Source: Promethearchaeota archaeon
GTDB taxonomy: Archaea; Asgardarchaeota; Thorarchaeia; Thorarchaeales; Thorarchaeaceae
Assembly: GCA_027031765.1 (NCBI GenBank)
Contig: JALVPN010000191.1
Coordinates: 1 to 9,126, forward strand
Reading direction: 5' to 3'
DNA: 9,126 nt
Shown in pieces: positions 1 to 6,717 of the stretch. Below the pieces are notes generated by a model that did no database searches, was not told the origin of the DNA, and was given only the letters and a program-made list of their open reading frames with translations. Made by a program: the position numbers and the translations under genes. Positions within the stretch are counted from its first letter, which is position 1. Each line of letters starts with the position of its first letter.

Positions 1-2665
1 ACTGGTCAATCGGCTTTGTCATCTGCACCCTGAACGCGAGCTCTTCGGGGGGATATGGCTCGGCCCGCCCCTCAAGGCGGTCAATCACCCGACCGATAAT
101 CTCACGGATCTCCTCTTTGGCGGACTCGAAGCCCTCGGGGCTGTCGACACCACTCAGTACCTCCAGCATCTGCCGGAACGCCTCCTGTACGAAGGGTGGC
201 GTGTTGCGTTTCTTCCCACTGAGACCCTTTACCTCGACGTGCCCGGACGGGTAGACACCGATGTAGTTCTTCTTGCGGTCGGACAGGGCCACGTACTTGT
301 ACGTCTTCTCGACCTCAAGGTCAATCCCCAACACCTCCCTCGACCAGCGCACCAGTTCCTCCTGCTGTTCAGGTGTGGGGTTATCGAGGAACACGCTGTC
401 GGTGTCCCCATAGAGCACGCGGATGTCCATGGACTCGGCCTTCTCCTTGGTCTTGAGGATTGCATGACGCCCAAAGGCCGTGACACTCTCCGCAGCCGGC
501 ATGCAGAACAGCTCAAAGTGCTGTGCACCAGTCACACCATAGGAGGCGTTGACGAAGACTTTGAGCGCCTTCTCGACCACAGAGTACCAGTTCCGTGTCT
601 GCACATCCAGGGACTTGTCCTTGCTGCGGGACTTGAACCACTTCACACGGGTGTCACGGAAGAAGCCTATGGTCTCACTGATCATGCCACGACGCTTCTT
701 GCATGTCCAGTGACCGGTCTCGGGCACCCGGTTGTCATCTGCAAGACGACACTCCTCATGGGGACAGTCGACGGTCTCGTAGCTGATGTTGTGGCGCTTC
801 ATGATGGTGGGGTACAGGCTCGCAAAGTCAAGGACGGTCGTGTTGAAGTGCACGCCTGCTACAGGCTCAATGACTATTGCCCCCTTGAAACGCTTGCTCT
901 TGATTGTGGCAGCGGTGTGGGCATCCGGGGACTTCATGCGCTCGATGTCGATAGGTCGGGGGATGAGACAGCCACGAGACCTGTGCACCTGCCTGAACAG
1001 CGACTGTATCCACGAGGAGATACCCTGACGCGTCACGTCCTCAAGCGACAGCCGGGAGATACGCATCAGTAGCACAATGAGGCGCAGTACCAGGTTGTCA
1101 GCATACTGGGTTATCTTGAGGGTGATGTTGGCATCGCGCCAGCAGTACTGTGCGAGTTCGTAATATGGGAGCGCAGAGATGTCATCGTGCAGCTCAAGCT
1201 TGCCGTAACCGAGCAGGCCCTGTGCAATCGCCTCCAAGTTGGACGAGTCGTAGGCCCCCGAAAGGGCATAGAGCCTGACGGACGGGTTCTTGAGGAACTT
1301 GTAGAGGTCGACGTGGACGCCACGCTTCAGCAGCGCCACATCGCGTCCAAGGTAGATGGGGCAGTAGCGCTCCGTGTCAATCCCGAGGACCTTTGCACGG
1401 TGGTACAAATAGTTCAGGTCGAAGGCATCCCCGACGAAGGTGAGCACGACAGGATAGGAGTCGATTGTCCGGAACGTTTCGAGCAGCATGTCGCGCTCGC
1501 TGTCAAAGAACTCCAGCTCAAGGCCCTCGGGAAAGTCGTCGCGCTTCTCGCCAGACGGGTGCCCATTACGACGTAGTAGCAGGCACTTGTTGCGTCCCTC
1601 ACTGTCGGAGAGACCGACCGCTGTCACAGGGTATGGTGCGGTGTTGGCATCAGGTACCCTGTTCCGTACGGGCGTGAAGACCTCGATGTCCAGGGCTATC
1701 CGCCTGATGTCTGGCACCTCGGTGAAGAAGAGGGGCGCATAGATGTCAATCATCTCTTCGAAGGGGTCGTCCTCGGTGACACACTCCTTGAACTCTTCGA
1801 GTACCCGCGTGTCCAGCTGTGGTACTGCCGACACGAGCTCCCCGTCGACAATCCTGTATGGCATCCCCGGTATCAGACTGCGGTCATAGGTGTAGCAGTT
1901 CCGGTAGCGGATGTTGGCCTCCCAGGCGTGGTTCTCACCGTTTATGACCAGTCTGTCACGGATTGCGTTATTACCCCCGCCTATGCTCAGCGGGTCATAC
2001 GCCAGGATCTTCGTCATTTTGACCTTCCGGTCTCGCAGGAGGTCTGTCAACTCGACAGTCTTGGTGCCCGCGAACCCCGAGTGACCCCCAATGCCACGGA
2101 TCTCTCGCACCTGCTGTTCGGGGACATCAGTATAGCAGTACGGCAGGTGTCCGGTGGTGTCGAACCAGAAGTAGACGTGCCCCGAAGTGGGCTCGTAGAG
2201 GCGCACGAAGGCCTTCTTGTCGCGGCCAGCATAGTCTACTGATAGGAGATAGGACGGGGGCAGGTCGCGGGGGGTCTCACGTTCGCCCACCTCCACAGCC
2301 ACTGGCACCTCGATGTGGTCGTCACTTGGAGGGGCCTCCAAGTCATGGTCCACCACGTCGACAGTGGGCCCCTCATCCGGGACGTCAGGCACTGATATCA
2401 CGGCCGTGTGGGCCCGTGAGCGCATCCTACCTGACGGGGCAGACCGGGACTGGCTGGTAGTGTCAGCGCTGTCATCGGCGGCAGGTGCAGCAGGGGGCGC
2501 ATGCCTCTCGGGCGCGGGCGCGGGTGCACCGGTGGTCTGCTCTGTGGAGGGAGCACTGCCTGCTGCACGCTCCTCTGGGGCCTTGGTGTCCTCCTCGGCT
2601 GAGAAGAAGTCTTCCAGTGTTGACTGCGAGTCGTCCTGGCCCTTGTCCTTAGTCAAAGGTGTCAC
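1..2665 (-). CDS. polB1: Family B DNA polymerase, archaeal PolB1 (Sulfolobus Dpo1-like) type; 3' end truncated by the window edge
   Basis: Manual translation of the minus strand gives a stop-free frame from 2707 to the window edge. Motifs: ExoI ALDIE (DIE 1682-1690), ExoII TFVGDAFD (about 1418-1441), ExoIII YCWRDA (about 1130-1147), motif A DFASLYP (809-829), motif B KVFVNASYG (536-562), motif C YGDTDS (395-412), then KKNYIG and VKGLSGKKRNTP. The N-domain segments LLSVDY, TGHLPY and EANIRY...YDRSLIPGMPY resemble PolB1 rather than PolB3. Start uncertain: ATG 2707, GTG 2665 (favoured by TATA spacing) or TTG 2656. Confidence 0.97.
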   Translation of the reverse strand, partial: MTPLTKDKGQDDSQSTLEDFFSAEEDTKAPEERAAGSAPSTEQTTGAPAPAPERHAPPAAPAADDSADTTSQSRSAPSGRMRSRAHTAVISVPDVPDEGPTVDVVDHDLEAPPSDDHIEVPVAVEVGERETPRDLPPSYLLSVDYAGRDKKAFVRLYEPTSGHVYFWFDTTGHLPYCYTDVPEQQVREIRGIGGHSGFAGTKTVELTDLLRDRKVKMTKILAYDPLSIGGGNNAIRDRLVINGENHAWEANIRYRNCYTYDRSLIPGMPYRIVDGELVSAVPQLDTRVLEEFKECVTEDDPFEEMIDIYAPLFFTEVPDIRRIALDIEVFTPVRNRVPDANTAPYPVTAVGLSDSEGRNKCLLLRRNGHPSGEKRDDFPEGLELEFFDSERDMLLETFRTIDSYPVVLTFVGDAFDLNYLYHRAKVLGIDTERYCPIYLGRDVALLKRGVHVDLYKFLKNPSVRLYALSGAYDSSNLEAIAQGLLGYGKLELHDDISALPYYELAQYCWRDANITLKITQYADNLVLRLIVLLMRISRLSLEDVTRQGISSWIQSLFRQVHRSRGCLIPRPIDIERMKSPDAHTAATIKSKRFKGAIVIEPVAGVHFNTTVLDFASLYPTIMKRHNISYETVDCPHEECRLADDNRVPETGHWTCKKRRGMISETIGFFRDTRVKWFKSRSKDKSLDVQTRNWYSVVEKALKVFVNASYGVTGAQHFELFCMPAAESVTAFGRHAILKTKEKAESMDIRVLYGDTDSVFLDNPTPEQQEELVRWSREVLGIDLEVEKTYKYVALSDRKKNYIGVYPSGHVEVKGLSGKKRNTPPFVQEAFRQMLEVLSGVDSPEGFESAKEEIREIIGRVIDRLEGRAEPYPPEELAFRVQMTKPIDQ

Positions 2666-2690
2666 TCGTAGGATACGTGAAACAGCTGCC

Positions 2691-2696
2691 AGATAA
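2691..2696 (-). promoter_or_regulatory. Putative TATA box (ccTTATCT) for polB1
   Basis: First T is 31 nt upstream of the in-frame GTG at 2665. The same TTATCT hexamer at similar spacing precedes the HIT gene. Confidence 0.5.
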
Positions 2697-2723
2697 GGCC
2701 TTCTCATCAGACATTGCGTGTCC

Positions 2724-2730
2724 TTAATTA
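2724..2730 (+). promoter_or_regulatory. Putative TATA box (ccTTAATTA) for the DUF296 gene
   Basis: AT-rich island in GC-rich DNA, starting 31 nt upstream of ATG 2755, which fits archaeal leaderless-transcript geometry. Confidence 0.65.
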
Positions 2731-2754
2731 GCAGGGTGGGCAGCACACAGCAAC

Positions 2755-3201
2755 ATGGTCGACACTATCGAGTGCGGAGTCAAACGGTTGATTGTTGCGA
2801 GGTTGCATGCTGGCGAGGACATCCTGACCACTGTGCAGCAGGTCGTCAGACAATATGATGTGAGGTCGGGAGTGGTCAGCATCATAGGCGCGGTCTCACG
2901 GGCCACACTCGGCTTCTTCGACCGGGAGAAGAGGGAGTACCGGTCGAACACGTTTGCGAGAGACCTCGAAATCGTGTCCTGCACCGGCAACATTGCACGC
3001 CTCGATGATGGCACTGTTGTCGTACACGCGCACATGGTCGTGGCAGACGATGAGGGACACTGTTACGGCGGACACGTCATGAATGGCTGCGAGGTCTCTG
3101 CAACTGGTGAGGTCACAATCATTGAGGGGAGTGTGGAGCTGCACCGTGCACCAGACCCCACGACCGGGCTGGCCCTGCTCGCCCTTGATGACGGCCCCTG
3201 A
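2755..3201 (+). CDS. PPC domain / DUF296 family protein (putative DNA- or metal-binding), 148 aa
   Basis: Typical family motifs: RL..GEDI, IGAVS, EIVSCTGNI, HAHMVVAD..G..YGGHV and a C-terminal TGL..L. TATA-like element upstream. Confidence 0.92.
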   Translation: MVDTIECGVKRLIVARLHAGEDILTTVQQVVRQYDVRSGVVSIIGAVSRATLGFFDREKREYRSNTFARDLEIVSCTGNIARLDDGTVVVHAHMVVADDEGHCYGGHVMNGCEVSATGEVTIIEGSVELHRAPDPTTGLALLALDDGP

Positions 3202-3313
3202 CACGAACGGACAGACAGGGATGGAGGTGGGCGAGGGCCGGCCTCATGCCCAGGACAGGAGCCCAGTCCACACCACGGTGACAGGCAGGCCCCGACCGAG
3301 CCGGGTATAGGAC

Positions 3314-3751
3314 TCACCGTGGGATGTTCTTGCGGATGGACGCTGCGAGGCGGTCGAGCTCATCACGGGGTGCCATGCTGTCACGGTAGCCCTCAGGGAA
3401 CCGGAAACCAAAGTCGGCACCGTGATTGCGCGGGATGATATGGATATGGAGGTGTGGCACTTCTTGGCCGGCACCAGGACCGTTCGCCACGACATTGAGG
3501 ACACCGTCCGGTGAGAAGGTCTTGTGCACGGCACGGGTCAGTTCGGCGAGCCGTCGTCCGAGGTGTGCGGCCAGCCCCAGGTCGACGTCGAGCATGTTCG
3601 TGTGGTGCTCCTTCGGGATGAGCAGGCAGTGGCCCTGACCGACGGGAAAGATGTCCATGAACGCCATGCACTGCTCGTCTTCGAACACCACAGAGGCAGG
3701 TATCTCACCACGTACAATCTTGCAGAATATGCAGTCCTCTTCGCCGCTCAT
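3314..3751 (-). CDS. hit: HIT (histidine triad) family nucleotide hydrolase, Hint/PKCI-like, about 145 aa
   Basis: N-terminal DCIFCKI, AFMDIFP..GHCLLIPKEH, and GQEVPHLHIHIIPR (HxHxH triad). Start moved from 3847 to ATG 3751 (MSGEEDCIFC) on the basis of family N-terminus and TATA spacing. Confidence 0.95.
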   Translation of the reverse strand: MSGEEDCIFCKIVRGEIPASVVFEDEQCMAFMDIFPVGQGHCLLIPKEHHTNMLDVDLGLAAHLGRRLAELTRAVHKTFSPDGVLNVVANGPGAGQEVPHLHIHIIPRNHGADFGFRFPEGYRDSMAPRDELDRLAASIRKNIPR

Positions 3752-3775
3752 GTCCATGATGTGGATGGCCGTGAG

Positions 3776-3781
3776 AGATAA
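3776..3781 (-). promoter_or_regulatory. Putative TATA box (gcTTATCT) for the HIT gene
   Basis: First T is 30 nt upstream of ATG 3751. Confidence 0.55.
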
Positions 3782-3826
3782 GCATTGTTGCCGGGCTTGG
3801 GGGCCGCCCCGATCCGCCGGGGTGAT

Positions 3827-3859
3827 GGGACTGCCCACGGACAACACGGGGACTGCCCA
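3827..3859. repeat. Direct repeat GGGACTGCCCA x2 (3827-3837, 3849-3859) in the divergent intergenic region
   Basis: Exact 11-bp match with a 22-bp period. The first copy forms TGGG-ACTG-CCCA, a quasi-palindrome. Confidence 0.7.
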
Positions 3860-3900
3860 GTACTGGTGTATATGCCTCTTGGAGGCCTACACAAATCTCA

Positions 3901-3906
3901 TTAACG
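3901..3906 (+). promoter_or_regulatory. Possible TATA box (caTTAACG) for the GIFT-domain gene
   Basis: AT-rich patch (aaatctcattaac) 41 and 50 nt upstream of the candidate starts GTG 3942 and TTG 3951. This implies a short leader. Confidence 0.4.
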
Positions 3907-3950
3907 ACAACGGGCTACACACCACAGTCCAGCAACAGCGGGTGTCACAC

Positions 3951-5156
3951 TTGAGCAGGCGCAAGAGAATATACTTTGACCAGACACAGAACGAACGTGG
4001 CAGGCTTGAGGGCACATACTCCGCACTCCGGCGGTTACTCAAGGACAATGGGTTCGATGTGGAGCCCTACACGGAGTTCGCCATTCTTGAGAAGAGCCTT
4101 GAGGGCGCAGATGTCATGGTCTTCGGCTGTCCTAACAGCTCAAAGTTGCGTGCCCAGGAGATTGAGGCCCTGTTGAAATACGTGGAAAAGGGAGGGGGGC
4201 TGATGCTGCTCTCACTCAGTGGTGGTGACAGGGGGCTCATGAACAACATGAGCGAAGTGTCAAAGAACTTCGGGATCGGGTTCGAGAACACCGCCGTGCG
4301 TGACGAGCGCAGTGAGTCTGGACTCCCCACAATGCCGGTGATTGAAGACCTCAAGGAGCACTACGTCACTCGTGATGTCCACGGCATCCTCTACCCCTCG
4401 GGATGCACACTTGAGGTCAAGGAGAGCGCGCAGGCTGTTGCATTCACCTCCACCATGGCTGAACCGCCGTCACGGCCGGTCGTTGCAGTGGCAGAATACG
4501 GCAAGGGCAGGATAGTCTGTGTGGGCAGCTACGAGGTCTTCAGGAAAGGTGGCGGGCTGGCACACAGGGGTAACAAGGTGTTTGCGGTCAATGCGTTCAA
4601 GTGGCTGTGCAGGGAGGACGCCACGGAAGAGGCCGCTGCGGCCGCGAGCACCACAATGGCGCCCAGCGCGACGACACCGACTGCTGCGGGTACGACTGGC
4701 ACACGGACCAAGACGGGGGCCGCAGCCGCAGGCCCAACAAAGGAAATGGAGCAGGCACTTAGACGGCTGGTCAGTACCGTCTTCGACCTGAGGGAAGACA
4801 TCGGGAAGCTGTCAGCAAGGATAGAGGACATAGAGGGCAGCATTGCGGCCCTGCGTGACCAGTTCCAAGAGTTTGCTGAGAAGACGCAGACCCAGCTCGG
4901 TATGCTCGTCCCGGCGAAACAGTTCAGGACCGAGGAGGAGAGCAGGCGCGAGGAGATTGAGGCTGACATAAAGGCCTTGCAGAGCGAGATTGCCTCCATC
5001 GAACGGCTCAAGGAGCACATCGATAAACGGCACTCGTCAGGCGTCATGTCCAAGGAGGTATACGAGGAGCAGGCGAAGAGGCTCGAGGAGCGGATAGAGA
5101 ACCTGAAGGAGCGGCTCCAGAAGAAGGAGGAGGAGCTTGCGGGCCTGACCCCATAG
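3951..5156 (+). CDS. Soluble GIFT-domain (GldG/IFT52-like, class I glutamine amidotransferase-like fold) protein with an A/T-rich linker and a C-terminal coiled coil ending in a SHOCT-like motif, about 401 aa
   Basis: The N-domain (about 3966-4607) matches IFT52/GIFT segments as I recall them: EIEALLKYVEKGGGLMLLSLSGGD, FGIGFEN.AV, LYPSGCTLEV, PPSRPVVAV, GRIVCVGSYEVF and N..FAVNAFKWL. Linker about 4608-4736. Heptad-rich helices about 4737-5153. No signal peptide or TM helix. Start probably TTG 3951 or GTG 3942, not 3651. Confidence 0.85.
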   Translation: MSRRKRIYFDQTQNERGRLEGTYSALRRLLKDNGFDVEPYTEFAILEKSLEGADVMVFGCPNSSKLRAQEIEALLKYVEKGGGLMLLSLSGGDRGLMNNMSEVSKNFGIGFENTAVRDERSESGLPTMPVIEDLKEHYVTRDVHGILYPSGCTLEVKESAQAVAFTSTMAEPPSRPVVAVAEYGKGRIVCVGSYEVFRKGGGLAHRGNKVFAVNAFKWLCREDATEEAAAAASTTMAPSATTPTAAGTTGTRTKTGAAAAGPTKEMEQALRRLVSTVFDLREDIGKLSARIEDIEGSIAALRDQFQEFAEKTQTQLGMLVPAKQFRTEEESRREEIEADIKALQSEIASIERLKEHIDKRHSSGVMSKEVYEEQAKRLEERIENLKERLQKKEEELAGLTP

Positions 5157-6711
5157 GGGGTGGCCGACCCGCGTCCCGCTGCACTGCAGCGGCCACTCTG
5201 GAGGCGACGCGTCCGTAGAGACGACCTATCTGCCTGTGGAAGACGTAGCCAATGAAAGCAACAATGAGTACAACAAGGTAGACATTGCGGTCAAGGAGGA
5301 GGACTGCAGAGCTGAACATACCAGGCAGAAAGAGCGCCGATAGAGTGACTGGCACGGCACCGTCCTCACGCGAGCACATCCGGGATGATGTGAGGACTGA
5401 GACCAGGGGCATGACTGCAACGAGGTAGTACTTGTATATGCCCCGGGGACTCCAGACATGCATCCAGAGGATGAGGAGCAGGGTGAGCAGCATCATTCGA
5501 CGCCAGTAGGCGCGGGGGTGCTCGTCATCCTTGACCTCGAATAGCATGAGTGCGAACAGTGGGACAACGCCCATGACCAGACCGACGGTGTAGTACGTCA
5601 GCGTGTCGACGAGCTGCACAGCCCATTGTGGGGCACCCGCCACCATGATGAGGACAGCGAGGACCATCGGGAAGCCGACTGGTGGGGGTGAGGTATAGTC
5701 GCCGAGCCTCACCGCACCCGGCTTTACAAAGATGTAGAACAGGTAGTTCGTCGGGTCCAGGACATAGGGCAACGAGAGGGCTGTAGCATATCCCAGTGCT
5801 ATGAGCGCAAGCTGGACAAAGCCCTTGGTGTCAATATGGTCGCCCTCGGGACGGCCACCGCCAGCCCGGCCACTCTCATCGTTGCCACTACTCTCATCAG
5901 CACTCTCGTCCTTGTCCACACCCTCGCCCTCACTACTCGTCGTCCCGGCACCGCCACTCTCACCGTCTGTACCATGGGGTATGGGTGCCCCCGGGGCGCG
6001 CTTCAACACGTAGGCAACGAGGGGGAGGGCAAAAAAGAACGCGGTCTGTTTGAACATGACAGATGTGACCATTGCCAGTACACCGAGGGTGCGGCGACCG
6101 GACATCAGCAGGTAGAAGGAGAGCATAGCAAAGAACACGAACGGTGCAGGGTTGAGCCACTCAAAGGCACAGTGGTAGAGGACGAGGGGGTTGAGGAGGT
6201 ATGTGACTGAGGCGACCTCGGCGAGGCGCCGGTTCTGCGACAGGTAGTGTGTGATCCCATATACAGGGAACACAGTCAGGAACCCGAAGACTGTGATCAG
6301 GAGCCCGATGCCGAAGGGCTGGACAGGCAGAATGCGGCCAAGAACACACATGTACAGGTAGAGAGGCGGGAGGAAGTAGGGGGTGTTGTACCTCTTGTCA
6401 CCCACGGTGATGTAGTTGAACTCGTCGGTATAGGGCATGTGTCCTGAGAGGAAACGGTCAGCCCACGAAACGTAGTAGTAGTCATAGTCGAGGTACCCCT
6501 CAAAGTTCACCGGGACTGTCAGACCAAAGAGCGAGAACTCCCCGAACCCGTTCCAGACAGCCCGGAACGGCCTCTCACCACCAGTGACGAAGTCCACGGC
6601 GGCGGCATAGAAGACCAGGGCCCAGATAACAGCCCCGGCTACGAGTACAGCTATAAAGTTGCCATGGACTCTGACCATCTGCCGGGCCCGTTCTGAGAGG
6701 CCAGTGGACAA
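5044..6711 (-). CDS. Multi-pass membrane protein, GT-C-fold glycosyltransferase (GT87/PIG-M/Alg3-like), paralogue A, 555 aa
   Basis: About 10 or more hydrophobic segments. Acidic first loop FEGYLDYDYYY (6472-6504) followed by G.MPY and Y.LPPLY. Also LLNPLVLY, FKQ.AFF and PRGIYKYY. TTG start 6 nt after the stop of paralogue B. Confidence 0.8.
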   Translation of the reverse strand: MSTGLSERARQMVRVHGNFIAVLVAGAVIWALVFYAAAVDFVTGGERPFRAVWNGFGEFSLFGLTVPVNFEGYLDYDYYYVSWADRFLSGHMPYTDEFNYITVGDKRYNTPYFLPPLYLYMCVLGRILPVQPFGIGLLITVFGFLTVFPVYGITHYLSQNRRLAEVASVTYLLNPLVLYHCAFEWLNPAPFVFFAMLSFYLLMSGRRTLGVLAMVTSVMFKQTAFFFALPLVAYVLKRAPGAPIPHGTDGESGGAGTTSSEGEGVDKDESADESSGNDESGRAGGGRPEGDHIDTKGFVQLALIALGYATALSLPYVLDPTNYLFYIFVKPGAVRLGDYTSPPPVGFPMVLAVLIMVAGAPQWAVQLVDTLTYYTVGLVMGVVPLFALMLFEVKDDEHPRAYWRRMMLLTLLLILWMHVWSPRGIYKYYLVAVMPLVSVLTSSRMCSREDGAVPVTLSALFLPGMFSSAVLLLDRNVYLVVLIVAFIGYVFHRQIGRLYGRVASRVAAAVQRDAGRPPPMGSGPQAPPPSSGAAPSGSLSAPRASSPAPRIPPWT

Positions 6712-6717
6712 AGGAGT

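Noticed and set aside
2041-2160. Apparent frameshift or stop in polB1 suggested by ORF 2047-2232
   Set aside because: Codon-by-codon checking shows the polB1 frame is continuous (…YTDVPEQQVREIRG…). That ORF is in another frame. I found no intein or frameshift in polB1.
239-2242. Plus-strand ORFs 239-1072, 1187-1576 and 1928-2242
   Set aside because: They are exact antisense, same-register shadows of polB1, a typical effect of codon bias in GC-rich genes. They have no recognisable motifs.
2313-2696. 127-aa plus-strand ORF over the polB1 N-terminal linker
   Set aside because: Low-complexity antisense read-out with no promoter or family features.
3202-3313. Three GACAGG hexamers (3214, 3254, 3280) and a GAGG-N5-CCTC hairpin in the convergent gap
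   Set aside because: They are short, irregularly spaced and plausible by chance at this GC content. There is no oligo-T terminator or CRISPR-like periodicity.
3752-3847. 32-aa N-terminal extension of HIT in the ORF track
   Set aside because: HIT proteins begin just before DCIFC, and a TATA box lies within the extension, 30 nt before ATG 3751.
3651-3950. 100-aa N-terminal extension of the GIFT protein in the ORF track
   Set aside because: It overlaps the HIT gene and its promoter, has non-protein-like composition, and the domain homology starts at RIYFD.
4737-4920. SNARE-like interpretation of the first coiled coil of the GIFT protein
   Set aside because: There is no C-terminal TM anchor and I could not identify a convincing zero-layer register by eye. 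A generic coiled coil is sufficient.
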